Assembly: GCF_000619845.1 (NCBI RefSeq)
Contig: NZ_JHUX01000003.1
Coordinates: forward strand, 1,180,064-1,212,063
From: Alkanindiges illinoisensis DSM 15370
Lineage (GTDB): Bacteria > Pseudomonadota > Gammaproteobacteria > Pseudomonadales > Moraxellaceae
Length of the DNA: 32,000 bases
Reading direction: 5' to 3'
Part shown: piece by piece, positions 1 to 9,218 of the stretch
How positions within the stretch are numbered: position 1 is the stretch's first letter
How the letters are laid out: the number at the start of each line of letters is the position of its first letter
Translations under genes and position numbers: made by a program
Notes under the pieces: model-generated
Seen by the model: the letters and a program-made list of their open reading frames with translations, nothing else
Told to the model about the DNA's origin: nothing
Databases searched by the model: none

Positions 1-1172
1 TCATGGCCGAGCAGCTCAACCAGAACCTCTTGATGCTGTTCATTTAATGGCTCATCAGACATAAGCACTTCAGCAATTTGTGCAGTCTGGCTGTATTGCG
101 CTTCTTCTTCCAGAAAATGATCCAGCGTGTCAAAGCGCTGTGGGTCCAGCAAACGCAAACGGGCAAAATGGCTATCTACACCCAGTTGCTCCGGGGTTGC
201 TGTCAGCAATAAGACACCCGGCGTTTGATTGGCAAATTCTTCAACTAAATCATAGCGGTCATTGCCAATACCTTCACCTGTTTCCGGGTCTTCATGCCAG
301 GTTAAATGGTGCGCCTCGTCAATCACCAGCAAGTCAAAGCCAGCATCCAAAGCCTGCTGTTTGAGGTCTTCGTGATCCAGCAGCAAATCAATGCTGGCAA
401 TGATGCATTGCTCGGTTAAAAATGGATTGGCATCTTCATCGTGTTCTTTGATCGATGCAGTGCGCGTCAGGTCAAACAGGGAAAATTGCAGATTGAAACG
501 GCGGCGCATTTCAATCATCCACTGGTACTGCAAGGAATCCGGCACCAGAATTAAAATGCGTTCGCTACGCCCGGTTTGCAGTTGCTGATGAATAATCAGG
601 CCAGCTTCAATGGTTTTACCAAGACCGACTTCATCGGCAAGCAACACACGCGGTGCCAGACGGCGGCCCACTTCATGGGCAATATATAACTGGTGGGGAA
701 TCAAGCCAACACGTGGGCCAAGTAAGCCACGCAACGGACTAATCGCCATACGGCTTTGCATGAGCAAGGCTTCAATGCGCAAGTCATACCATTCTTTGGA
801 TTCAATCTGGCTGGCCAGCAAACGATCCAGCGGACGCGCCAGCTGGATATTGGCACCCAGCCGGGTTTCATTCATGCTTTTACGCTGTTCACCTGCTGGG
901 CAAACCACGTCATAACGAATGACGCCACGTACATTTTCAACGCCTTCAACCTGCCATTCCTGCCCTTCCTGATCGGTAAACCAGTCACCCTGCTTAAACA
1001 GGATACGGGATAGCGGCGCATTGGCCCGGGCATACACGCGCGTTTCATCGCTTTTGGGGAATAAAATGCTAATGGTACGTTCATCGACATCGACCAAAAC
1101 GCCTAAGCCAAGTTCTGACTCTGTGTCTGATAACCAACGTTGTCCAATGGCAAAATCTTGCAATTCATTCAC
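1..1172 (-). CDS. rapA: RNA polymerase-associated SNF2-family ATPase RapA (HepA), N-terminal ~390 aa; the 3' end lies beyond the window start
   Basis: The minus-strand frame is open from the window edge to 1172. It is absent from the ORF track because it has no stop inside the window. My translation reads [27 protein letters not shown] ... [15 protein letters not shown] ... [15 protein letters not shown] (helicase motif I) ... [10 protein letters not shown] (DEAH, motif II) ... [11 protein letters not shown] (motif III). This is colinear with the E. coli RapA N-terminus ([20 protein letters not shown]...). The start is ambiguous: GTG at 1172 or TTG at 1163. Confidence 0.9.
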   Translation of the reverse strand, partial: [390 protein letters not shown]

Positions 1173-1358
1173 CTTATCGTTTGCAATTATTACAGCACAC
1201 GTATTTACTGCCCAATGATTTGAAGCCCAAATCGTGCGGCGCGCATTCTCTCATATCTGCTGTGCGTTGTGCTTGAGTTTTTGTATAAAACTCACCCGTA
1301 AAGCTGTTTTATAAACTATTCCTGCGGGAAAGACAGACAAAAGCAACAAGTCAGTTGA

Positions 1359-2000
1359 TTAAAATGGTGCTGGACAGAAAAAATTCAACTTGTCGCCTGT
1401 TACGGGATGAAAAAAAGACAACTGTTCAGCATGCAAACATAAGCGTGGCATCAGCTGACATGACTGTTCATCAGCATACAGTTCATCACCGACAATGGCA
1501 TGTCCCAGATACTGCATGTGTACCCGCAACTGATGGGAGCGCCCGGTAATAGGTGTTAATTTTACCCGGGTAACTGGCTGGTTATTAATTTCAAACTGCT
1601 CAACTGCCTGCCAGTGTGTCAAGGCAGGTTTATGATAAGCAGGATCAGCAATGTGTAAGGGTGGACGGGTTGGATCATAATTAACTGGCACATCCACACT
1701 ACCCTCACCCGTTAAATGTCCACTCACCAGCGCATGATACTGTTTGTCAGTTTGGCGGTTTTGAAACTGCTTGGAGATATGGCTTTGCGCTGCTTTATTT
1801 AAGGCAAACACTAGAATACCTGAAGTATCACGGTCTAGACGGTGAATGAGTAAGGCATTGGGTTCTTCTACAAGCAAACGGTTAATGACGCAATCGCTCA
1901 GATCGCCTTTGCCCGGTACACTGAGCAATCCAGCAGGTTTGTTGATAACAATAAAATGTTCATCGCGGTGGATGAGCGTTTGCTGTAAAAAATTGGGCAT
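1359..2000 (-). CDS. rluA: RluA-family pseudouridine synthase
   Basis: 213-aa ORF with the catalytic-Asp motif HRLDRDTSGILVFA, plus PITGRSHQLRVH and LHAEQLSFFHP. It is colinear with E. coli RluA. rapA and rluA are also neighbours in E. coli. Confidence 0.85.
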   Translation of the reverse strand: MPNFLQQTLIHRDEHFIVINKPAGLLSVPGKGDLSDCVINRLLVEEPNALLIHRLDRDTSGILVFALNKAAQSHISKQFQNRQTDKQYHALVSGHLTGEGSVDVPVNYDPTRPPLHIADPAYHKPALTHWQAVEQFEINNQPVTRVKLTPITGRSHQLRVHMQYLGHAIVGDELYADEQSCQLMPRLCLHAEQLSFFHPVTGDKLNFFCPAPF

Positions 2001-2073
2001 ATATAAAATCAGAAGCTCTCAAAATAGCTAAATGGCTTATCACAAATTGTTGTTAGTAACATCAAGGGACAAA

Positions 2074-2493
2074 TTAAATTTGCCACGGATTTAATAAGCT
2101 AACCCCAGTTTGCTTAAAATCATTAATATTCCGGGTAACAACTGTCATGCCTTGTGTTATGGCGGTTGCTGCAATTAAAGCATCACGTTCAGAGCGTGGA
2201 TCTGGCACATGTAAGCGTGCACAGGCCAGAGCCACTTTGGTATCAATAGCCAGAATTCTCTTCTCAAAGGTAGGTAACACTTGTTGATCCAGCCATTGTC
2301 TTAATAGCTGGCCTTGCTGAAAATCACGGCGCTCAATTCTTAATACGCCTGTTTCCAGCTCCATAATACTAATGGCAGACACATAAAGCTCAGGAAGAGT
2401 GAGCCGATTTGCCCATTGTGCAAATTGAAGATCAGCCTTGCCAGTGTGGACTTTTCGCAGCTCGGAAATGACATTGGTATCCAGTAATAACAT
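2074..2493 (-). CDS. vapC: Type II toxin, PIN-domain VapC family (FitB-like)
   Basis: 139-aa ORF with MLLLDTNVISE (first PIN acidic residue), SAISIMELETGV, ERDALIAATA, TVVTRN and a C-terminal NPW. It tracks Neisseria FitB along its length. Its start overlaps the stop of the upstream antitoxin ORF (TGATG). Confidence 0.85.
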   Translation of the reverse strand: MLLLDTNVISELRKVHTGKADLQFAQWANRLTLPELYVSAISIMELETGVLRIERRDFQQGQLLRQWLDQQVLPTFEKRILAIDTKVALACARLHVPDPRSERDALIAATAITQGMTVVTRNINDFKQTGVSLLNPWQI

Positions 2494-2735
2494 CAGTCAA
2501 AATCTACTGGCTTTAAGTATAGGCTGGTTTTTACAGTTTCAAAAACAATCTCGTCAGGGCAACTTAGCAACTCAGTAATTTTTGGCTGGGTACTCAACAT
2601 TTTTTGGTATTCATCATAGCTCAGTAATACATGTGTAGGTTTGCCCCGCTCAGTAATAACAACTGGATCTTGCACGCTTTTGCGCTTGGCATAACCAATA
2701 TCCTGATTAAATTCACGGCTGCTAATTTGAATCAT
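2493..2735 (-). CDS. Type II antitoxin, Phd/YefM family
   Basis: 80-aa ORF with an N-terminus (ISSREFNQDIGYAKRKSVQDPVVITERGKPTHVLLSYDEYQKM) typical of Phd/YefM antitoxins. A strong SD (AGGAGG) sits 6 nt before the ATG. It is translationally coupled to the PIN toxin. Confidence 0.8.
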   Translation of the reverse strand: MIQISSREFNQDIGYAKRKSVQDPVVITERGKPTHVLLSYDEYQKMLSTQPKITELLSCPDEIVFETVKTSLYLKPVDFD

Positions 2736-2792
2736 GGTTCGCCTCCTAAATTTAATACCCGGGTTGCAATAATAAATTACGTAAGCCCGCTT

Positions 2793-2808
2793 GTAGTAAT
2801 GTTACTAC
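2793..2808. promoter_or_regulatory. Perfect 7-2-7 palindrome GTAGTAA-TG-TTACTAC upstream of the antitoxin gene; candidate TA operator
   Basis: Read directly from the sequence. It lies 58-73 nt upstream of the antitoxin ATG, in the only region where the TA promoter can sit. Type II TA operons are classically autoregulated through palindromic operators. No promoter hexamers could be assigned with confidence. Confidence 0.45.
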
Positions 2809-2867
2809 ATTTTCAAGAAATGCAATAGAGAAGCGATTTTATTTTTTATATTTAAGGAGGAATTGCA

Positions 2868-2917
2868 GCAAATGCACCCAATTTGAAGGAACAGGTACAT
2901 TTGCATTCTTTTTTTTA
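2868..2917 (+). terminator. Plus-strand-oriented hairpin plus T9 run (intrinsic-terminator-like) with no plus-strand gene upstream
   Basis: GCAAATGCACC (2868-2878) pairs with GGTACATTTGC (2894-2904): 11 bp, 1 mismatch, 15-nt loop. It is followed by ATTC and then nine T (2909-2917). In the minus orientation (hemL direction) no U-run follows the stem. Confidence 0.35.
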
Positions 2918-2928
2918 TAAATAGTGAC

Positions 2929-4233
2929 TTAAGCGGTCATCTCATTAAATACTTCTTTTGCAATACTAATGGTTTTCTCAATATCAGCATCATTATGCAC
3001 ACTGGAAATGAATCCGGCTTCAAAGGCTGAGGGTGCTAAGTAAACACCACGCTTGAGCATGCCATGGAAAAACTGCTTAAAGGCTTCAATATTGCAATGG
3101 GTCATGGCTTCAAAACTGGACAGGTCATTCGAATCGGTAAAATACAGACCAAACATGCCACCCACCGCTTGGGTTTTAAAAGCAATGCCAGCGTCATCTG
3201 CTGCCTGTTGCAAACCCGTCAGTAACTTGGCCAGTTTAGCCTCTAGTTGCTCATAAAAACCCGGCTGGGTCAGGTGCTTGAACATGGCAAGTCCTGCCCG
3301 CATGGCCAGTGGATTGCCAGACAATGTACCGGCCTGATACACCCCGCCCAAGGGCGCAATGCACTGCATGATTTCTTTTTTGCCACCAAATGCGCCAACA
3401 GGCAATCCTGCACCAATAATCTTGCCCAGTGTGGTGATGTCTGCCTGCACGCCATACCGCTGTTGTGCGCCGCCCAGTGCCACACGAAAGCCAGTCATCA
3501 CTTCATCAATAATCAGTACGCTACCGGCTTTGTCGCACTCATCACGCAGGCATTGCAAAAAGCCTTCAACAGGAATCACCAGATTCATATTGCCCGCTAC
3601 TGGCTCAACAATAATACCGGCAATTTCTGAACCAAATTCAGCAAAACAGCGCTGCACGGCTTCAATATCGTTATAAGGCAAAATAATGGTGTGTTTGGCA
3701 AAATCCTCTGGTACGCCTAAGGACGTAGGTACGCCAAGTGTTAACATGCCAGAACCGGATTTCACCAGTAAGGAATCAGCATGGCCGTGGTAGCAGCCTT
3801 CAAACTTGACGATCTTGTCGCGTCCGGTATATCCCCGCGCCAAACGAATGGCACTCATGCAGGCCTCAGTGCCGGAACTAGTCATACGGACCATTTCGAT
3901 AGAAGGCATGATGTCACAAATTAAATCAGCCACGGTGGTTTCTGTGGGCGTGGGCGCACCAAAACTCAAGCCATCTGCGGCGGCCTGCTGTACAGCTGTG
4001 ACGATATCCGGATGCGCATGGCCCAGAATCATTGGTCCCCAAGACCCGACATAATCAATATACCGTTTGCCTGCCGCATCCCACAAATAAGCGCCTTGGG
4101 CCTTGGTAATAAAAACTGGCGTACCGCCTACACCTTTAAATGCACGCACGGGCGAGTTTACACCGCCAGGAATATGCTGGTTTGCTGCTGCAAAAAGCTC
4201 AGCATTAGAAGTCGTTGATAAAGGCTGGGTCAT
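2929..4233 (-). CDS. hemL: Glutamate-1-semialdehyde 2,1-aminomutase
   Basis: The ORF is colinear with E. coli HemL: [49 protein letters not shown] and [16 protein letters not shown] (PLP lysine). The ORF track starts at 4251 (MPCGECM...). The ATG at 4233 (MTQPLS...) fits homologue length better. Confidence 0.93.
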   Translation of the reverse strand: MTQPLSTTSNAELFAAANQHIPGGVNSPVRAFKGVGGTPVFITKAQGAYLWDAAGKRYIDYVGSWGPMILGHAHPDIVTAVQQAAADGLSFGAPTPTETTVADLICDIMPSIEMVRMTSSGTEACMSAIRLARGYTGRDKIVKFEGCYHGHADSLLVKSGSGMLTLGVPTSLGVPEDFAKHTIILPYNDIEAVQRCFAEFGSEIAGIIVEPVAGNMNLVIPVEGFLQCLRDECDKAGSVLIIDEVMTGFRVALGGAQQRYGVQADITTLGKIIGAGLPVGAFGGKKEIMQCIAPLGGVYQAGTLSGNPLAMRAGLAMFKHLTQPGFYEQLEAKLAKLLTGLQQAADDAGIAFKTQAVGGMFGLYFTDSNDLSSFEAMTHCNIEAFKQFFHGMLKRGVYLAPSAFEAGFISSVHNDADIEKTISIAKEVFNEMTA

Positions 4234-4450
4234 ACATTCACCACAAGGCAAGTCACCAAAAAAATACGCACATCTTATCCAAGGCCAGGCTTTTTAAGCA
4301 TCCTGACCCATAAAATGAATGCGTTATAGGATGTGCGATACGAAAGCGTCAGTTTAACGCGAAAACATGCTACAAGCGTTGTGAAATGTTTAATTGAATA
4401 CAGTTCACCCAATATAAAATTAAGAAAGAATAAATCTAAAACGAACAAAG

Positions 4451-5077
4451 CTAGGGCAAAATGATATTACTGAGTTTCCAGCCCAGTCCTGAACGGGTGA
4501 GCACATAGCGCACAGGCTGACGTTCAGGATGCTGCTGAACAATACTGAACTGGTTCATATTGTCAAAATGATATTGCCACTGTGCATGAGAATGTGTGGA
4601 TTGTAATGCATGAATGGGATAAGCGCTTCTGGCTTGACTGGCCAGCGGCCTGCCCATTTGTACGTACTGATAATCTGTGGTGTTGTCATTAAGACCATCT
4701 TCAGCACCAGACCAGCCCTCAAGGTGTTTGAGGTCATTTTCAAAACTGCGGATATTGCTTACCAGTGTAATGATGGATGCAGGCGTTACGGTGCGATTCA
4801 ACATACCATCAATGGCCTGATTGGCAATATTGTAAGTCAGGCTACCGAAAAAACTGCCATTCTGGCGCAAGGAGATTTTTTGCTCCAATTTGTCCTGCAA
4901 CTGGGTTTTAAGGTTGCGCTTTAACAGGGCAAAATCAATGTAATCTGCCAGCTCATCACTACTTTTTTGCTCAACTGCCTGTTTAATTTGATAAACCGTG
5001 TAGTAGGGACTTACGATCTGCCAGACAATAAAAGCCAGAAAGACTAAAACAGCAGTCCACTGCTTTTTCATATCCAT
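4451..5077 (-). CDS. Membrane-anchored protein of unknown function, DUF2939-like
   Basis: An N-terminal signal anchor (MKKQWTAVLVFLAFIVWQIV) is followed by SPYYTVYQIKQAVEQKSSDELADYIDFALLKRNLKTQL, which resembles the DUF2939 N-terminal pattern as I remember it. The Trp-rich first 18 codons of the track ORF (to 5131) look non-coding. The start is probably ATG 5077 or 5071. Confidence 0.6.
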   Translation of the reverse strand: MDMKKQWTAVLVFLAFIVWQIVSPYYTVYQIKQAVEQKSSDELADYIDFALLKRNLKTQLQDKLEQKISLRQNGSFFGSLTYNIANQAIDGMLNRTVTPASIITLVSNIRSFENDLKHLEGWSGAEDGLNDNTTDYQYVQMGRPLASQARSAYPIHALQSTHSHAQWQYHFDNMNQFSIVQQHPERQPVRYVLTRSGLGWKLSNIILP

Positions 5078-5179
5078 TAACCACTCGTTATACCAACAAG
5101 TGAACCAGCCTAACCAATAACACGTGTTCACAGATTTCTTTTTTTGTGTAGGTTTGTGTTAAACAGTGTAACCAAGCAG

Positions 5180-5809
5180 TTAATTTTCTAGCAGTGAGGT
5201 CCGTAATAGAGCTTGCCATGCTTTAACACGTTGTGCTACCTGATCCATGTCAAGATTAAGGACATCTCCGACCACTGCATACAAGTCGATATTCAGGTTT
5301 ATCAGTGGCTGGCTGTTTTCCACTGTCAGCCCGCCAATTACACAGATGGGCAACTCAAACTCTGCCTTGGCTTGCTGTAAAGTTGCCAGACTAACACGCT
5401 GCGCATTGGGCTTGGTGGATGAAGGAAATACTGCCCCAAAGGCCAGATAATTGGCTCCTTCTATGGCAGCTTGCTGGGCCAGTTCAAGTGAATCATGGCA
5501 AGTTCTGCCAATAATCGCCTTTGTTCCAAGTTGCGCTCTGGCTTCAGTCAGCGAACCATCCCCCTGCCCCAGATGCAAGCCGCAAGCAAACTGTCGCGCC
5601 AGTGCCAGATTATCATTAATAATTAAAGACACCTGAAATTGCTGGCAAAGTTTCAGTAGTGTTTCAATTTCTCTAACTTGCTGTACAGGCATTACCTGTT
5701 TTCTACGGTACTGAATTAATGCAATAGGGCCACTTTGCAGTGCAATATGCAGTTTTTGATACAGCACATCAAATGCATCGTCATTGGTAATTAAATACAG
5801 TCCGCGCAT
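5180..5809 (-). CDS. thiE: Thiamine-phosphate synthase
   Basis: MRGLYLITND, IQYRRK, LIINDN, HLGQGD, YLAFGAVFPSSTKP and VIGGL are colinear with ThiE. The track ORF extends to 5932, but those 41 extra codons cover an intergenic hairpin. The ATG at 5809 is preceded by AAGGAAA. Confidence 0.88.
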   Translation of the reverse strand: MRGLYLITNDDAFDVLYQKLHIALQSGPIALIQYRRKQVMPVQQVREIETLLKLCQQFQVSLIINDNLALARQFACGLHLGQGDGSLTEARAQLGTKAIIGRTCHDSLELAQQAAIEGANYLAFGAVFPSSTKPNAQRVSLATLQQAKAEFELPICVIGGLTVENSQPLINLNIDLYAVVGDVLNLDMDQVAQRVKAWQALLRTSLLEN

Positions 5810-5868
5810 TAGGGTATTTTCCTTATTACAGGAATATAAGCCTGTAAAAATTGATAAATTAGCTGCAT

Positions 5869-5944
5869 AAAAAAGCGCAGTAGTGATGCAATGCCTTAAC
5901 AACAGTGTTAACTGTGTTTGGCAAAGCTCCACCCTGCGCTTTTA
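5869..5944 (-). terminator. Long-range inverted repeat with nested hairpin and T-run in the purF-thiE spacer (possible purF terminator or attenuator)
   Basis: AAAAGCGCAG (5871-5880) is the exact reverse complement of CTGCGCTTTT (5934-5943). An inner hairpin TTAACA-ACAG-TGTTAA lies near 5896-5911. On the minus strand the outer stem is followed by TTTTTT. The 53-nt loop is atypical for a simple intrinsic terminator. Confidence 0.4.
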
Positions 5945-5988
5945 AAACACCGCTGCTTTTAAAGCAATGGTTGAATTCCCGTGTTAAA

Positions 5989-7533
5989 TCAGGCTTCTTC
6001 TTTAATACCTGTCATATCCACTGGGGTATTTTCAGAAGACACATCAATCACAGCACTTTTGACTGCAATCTTGGCCTTATCATTACGGCGCGCTTCCAGT
6101 CGATCCAGATAGCCGTCATCAATGCCTTTGGTAACATAAACGCCATTAAATACCGAACAGTCAAATTCCTGTACTGGCGACTTACGGCTTTTAGTGGCTT
6201 CAATCAGGTCTTCCAGATCCTGGAAAATCAGGCGATCTGCACCAATAATTGTGCGCACTTCTTCAACACTATGGCCGGATGCAATCAGCTCACTCTTGGC
6301 TGGCATATCAATGCCATACACGTTAGGGAACTTAACCGGCGGCGCAGCAGATGCAAAGAATACCTTGGTCGCACCAGACTCACGGGCCATCTGGATAATT
6401 TCATGGCAGGTGGTTCCGCGCACAATCGAATCATCCACCAGCAATACATTCTTGCCTTTAAATTCAAGGTCAACCGGATTTAGCTTCTGGCGCACTGACT
6501 TCTTGCGCTGCTGCTGGCCCGGCATAATGAATGTTCGGCCAATGTAGCGGTTTTTCATGAAGCCTTCACGGAACTTCACACCCAGATGATTGGCCAGTTC
6601 CAGCGCTGCGGTACGACTGGTGTCCGGAATCGGAATCACCACATCAATGTCATGGTTTTCGCCCCATTCACGCAAAATTTTCTGGGCCAGTTTTTCACCC
6701 ATGCGCAAACGTGATTTATACACCGAAATACCATCAATAATGGAATCCGGACGGGCAAAATAGACAAACTCGAAAATGCAAGGTGCGTAGCGGAACTCCT
6801 TAGCACACTGCTTGGTAAAAATCTGGTTATCCGAGTTAATGAAAATGGCTTCACCGGGGGCTACGTCACGAATAACCTTAAAACCTAATGAGGTTAGCGC
6901 TACCGATTCCGAAGCAATCATGTATTCAACACCGCCCGCTTCGTTCAGGCGCATGCCATAGGTTAATGGACGGATACCATTAGGGTCACGAAAACCCAGC
7001 AAGCCATGACCAGTAATCATGGCAACTACCGCATAAGCACCTTCACAGCGCTGATGTACCCGGGAAACTGCTTCAAAAATATCATTTTCACCAGGAATTT
7101 CTTTGCCTAAAGCCTGTAGCTCATGGGCAAATACATTGAGCAGCACTTCAGAGTCTGAATCAGTATTGATATGACGCAAATCTGTTTTAAACAGGTCTTT
7201 GCTGATTTCAATGGCGTTGGTCAGGTTGCCATTGTGTGCCAGTGTAATCCCATAAGGTGAGTTCACATAAAATGGCTGGGCTTCGGCACTACTGGACGAA
7301 CCAGCAGTGGGATAGCGCACATGCCCAATCCCGAAATTACCCGCCAGACGCATCATGTGACGTGTATGAAATACATCACGCACCATGCCGTTTTCCTTGC
7401 GTAAAAACAGGCGACCATCCTGGCAGGTCACAATTCCGGCGGCATCCTGTCCGCGATGCTGTAACATGGTTAAGGCATCATATAACGTTTGGTTGACTGG
7501 CGCTAAACCGGCAACACCAACGACTCCACACAT
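5989..7533 (-). CDS. purF: Amidophosphoribosyltransferase
   Basis: 514-aa ORF beginning MCGVVGV (Cys1 nucleophile), with the Ntn glutaminase domain and the PRPP-binding loop [20 protein letters not shown] sits 5 nt before the ATG. cvpA-purF synteny matches E. coli. Confidence 0.95.
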   Translation of the reverse strand: MCGVVGVAGLAPVNQTLYDALTMLQHRGQDAAGIVTCQDGRLFLRKENGMVRDVFHTRHMMRLAGNFGIGHVRYPTAGSSSSAEAQPFYVNSPYGITLAHNGNLTNAIEISKDLFKTDLRHINTDSDSEVLLNVFAHELQALGKEIPGENDIFEAVSRVHQRCEGAYAVVAMITGHGLLGFRDPNGIRPLTYGMRLNEAGGVEYMIASESVALTSLGFKVIRDVAPGEAIFINSDNQIFTKQCAKEFRYAPCIFEFVYFARPDSIIDGISVYKSRLRMGEKLAQKILREWGENHDIDVVIPIPDTSRTAALELANHLGVKFREGFMKNRYIGRTFIMPGQQQRKKSVRQKLNPVDLEFKGKNVLLVDDSIVRGTTCHEIIQMARESGATKVFFASAAPPVKFPNVYGIDMPAKSELIASGHSVEEVRTIIGADRLIFQDLEDLIEATKSRKSPVQEFDCSVFNGVYVTKGIDDGYLDRLEARRNDKAKIAVKSAVIDVSSENTPVDMTGIKEEA

Positions 7534-7562
7534 AGCGACCTCGCAGACAGGCTAGGTAAATA

Positions 7563-7583
7563 AGCTGATTGAATCAATCAGCT
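7563..7583. repeat. Perfect 9-3-9 palindrome AGCTGATTG-AAT-CAATCAGCT in the 68-bp cvpA-purF spacer
   Basis: Read directly from the sequence; the arms are exact reverse complements. It lies about 30 nt upstream of the purF ATG and 19 nt downstream of the cvpA stop. Confidence 0.8.
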
Positions 7584-7601
7584 AGACAAACAAGAGATAA
7601 A

Positions 7602-8201
7602 TCAGGAAAACGGATTAGGCACTGTGTCGGCAGCATCACGGCGGCCTACGTTGTGCTCGTACTGGTCAATCGGCTCGGTAGACAACTCTGGTTCTTCACC
7701 AGCATCATGGGATTTTACTTCATCCCACACGTGTCCTGCTACATGTTCCGACATTTCAACAGCCATTGGCGCATAAGGTGACAATAGCGATACCATTCTG
7801 GATTTTTGCCAATAGGGTGATTCAGCCACCCAGGGTCCCAGCAACTGGATCGAAATCATTAAAATCAGGGAACCTTTGGCAGCCCCAAAAATACCCCCTG
7901 CTGCCTGTTCGGTTAAACCGAGCTTTAGGGCTTTAAGCAAGCGACGCAATACATTGCCAATTATAGCTGTCACAAACAGCACCAATGCCGCAATCGTGGC
8001 AAACGCCGCAATTTTCTGCACGACAGGATCATGCGTCAGGACAGAAAAACTGGGAGCCAGGGTTTGTGCAAAACGGCTACCCAGTACGAGTGCCAATAGC
8101 CAGCCAATCAGACTGGTTAGGGAGCGAATCAGGCCACGTTGTAGCCCTGTCCATGTTGCCCACATGATGATCACCACACTGGCGATATCCAGATAATTCA
8201 T
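7602..8201 (-). CDS. cvpA: Colicin V production protein CvpA family membrane protein
   Basis: 199-aa ORF with four predicted TM segments and an N-terminus (MNYLDIASVVIIMWATWTGLQRGLIRSL) typical of CvpA. It sits immediately upstream of purF, as in E. coli. It carries an acidic C-terminal tail of about 40 aa that E. coli CvpA lacks. Confidence 0.85.
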   Translation of the reverse strand: MNYLDIASVVIIMWATWTGLQRGLIRSLTSLIGWLLALVLGSRFAQTLAPSFSVLTHDPVVQKIAAFATIAALVLFVTAIIGNVLRRLLKALKLGLTEQAAGGIFGAAKGSLILMISIQLLGPWVAESPYWQKSRMVSLLSPYAPMAVEMSEHVAGHVWDEVKSHDAGEEPELSTEPIDQYEHNVGRRDAADTVPNPFS

Positions 8202-8207
8202 AATGTG

Positions 8208-9218
8208 TTAGCGCACCGCTTTAACACAGTCATTAATGAGGTCTGGACCCTGATAAATCAAGCCGCTATACAACTGCACCAAGGATGCGCCAGCATCCAT
8301 CTTGGTCTTGGCCTGATCACCGTTTAAAATTCCGCCTACCCCGATCAAGGGGATACGTCCCTGCAAATGCGCTGCAAATGCTGTCAAACATTCGGTACTT
8401 CGGTCAAAGACCGGGGCACCCGACAAGCCACCAGCCTCATCTCCATGCGGCAGTTCAGCAACGCCATCACGGGACAAGGTAGTATTGGTGGTAATCAGGC
8501 CATCAATTTTGAAGCGGATCAACTGCGCACTAATAAACGCAATATCTTCCGGGCTTAGATCCGGAGCAACCTTAAGTACCAATGGTACATAATGACGGTG
8601 TTTTTCAGCCAGATAAAGTTGTCGCTGTTTTAATTGCTGTAATAAATCGGTTAAGGCATCACCACTTTGCAGGCTACGCAAGCCTTTTGTATTGGGTGAA
8701 GAAATATTAACCGTGACATAAGAGGCGTAGGGATAAACCTTATCCAGGCAAATCAGGTAATCATCCACTGCTTTTTCAACAGGCGTATCTGCATTTTTGC
8801 CGATATTAATGCCCAGCACCCCTTTGTATCTGGCTGCCCTGACATTTTCAACCAGCTTGTCCACCCCGTCATTATTAAAACCCATACGGTTAATAATGGC
8901 TTTGGCCTGTGGCAAACGGAACAAACGCGGATGCGGATTACCAGACTGCGGGCGTGGCGTGATAGTGCCAATTTCAATAAAACCAAAACCCAGTGCGGCC
9001 AGCGCATCAATATAATCGCCATTTTTATCCAGACCAGCGGCAAGCCCCACGGGATTATCAAAAGTAATTCCCATGCAGGTAACAGGCTGGTTAATTTTTG
9101 GATATAGTCGGGATAGCAGTCCGGTTTTTTCGGCCAGCTTGAGCGAGCTTAGCGTTGCATGATGTGCACGTTCAGGATCAAGGGCAAACAGGGCTGGACG
9201 TGTAAACTGATAGAGCAT
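8208..9218 (-). CDS. pyrD: Dihydroorotate dehydrogenase (quinone), class 2
   Basis: Colinear with E. coli PyrD: [71 protein letters not shown] and GVGGI. The track start at 9224 is a TTG; the ATG two codons later (9218) is used here. Confidence 0.93.
   Translation of the reverse strand: MLYQFTRPALFALDPERAHHATLSSLKLAEKTGLLSRLYPKINQPVTCMGITFDNPVGLAAGLDKNGDYIDALAALGFGFIEIGTITPRPQSGNPHPRLFRLPQAKAIINRMGFNNDGVDKLVENVRAARYKGVLGINIGKNADTPVEKAVDDYLICLDKVYPYASYVTVNISSPNTKGLRSLQSGDALTDLLQQLKQRQLYLAEKHRHYVPLVLKVAPDLSPEDIAFISAQLIRFKIDGLITTNTTLSRDGVAELPHGDEAGGLSGAPVFDRSTECLTAFAAHLQGRIPLIGVGGILNGDQAKTKMDAGASLVQLYSGLIYQGPDLINDCVKAVR

Noticed and set aside
5810-5932. 41-codon N-terminal extension of thiE in the ORF track (MELCQTQLTLLLRH...). 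Similar extensions appear for hemL (4234-4251) and the DUF2939-like gene (5078-5131).
   Set aside because: Homologues begin at the internal Met. The thiE extension runs through the intergenic inverted repeat with its T-run, and the DUF2939-like extension is an implausible Trp/Cys-rich peptide.
5905-6483. 192-aa plus-strand ORF, and similar long ORFs at 3247-3630, 3359-3676, 6194-6547, 8753-9061, 21725-22108, 23130-23408 and 25437-25712.
   Set aside because: All lie wholly antisense to, or in alternative frames of, genes with strong homology (purF, hemL, pyrD, the EpmA-like gene, pdxB, ybbP). Their translations are low-complexity or Cys/Arg/Ser-rich, which is typical of shadow ORFs.
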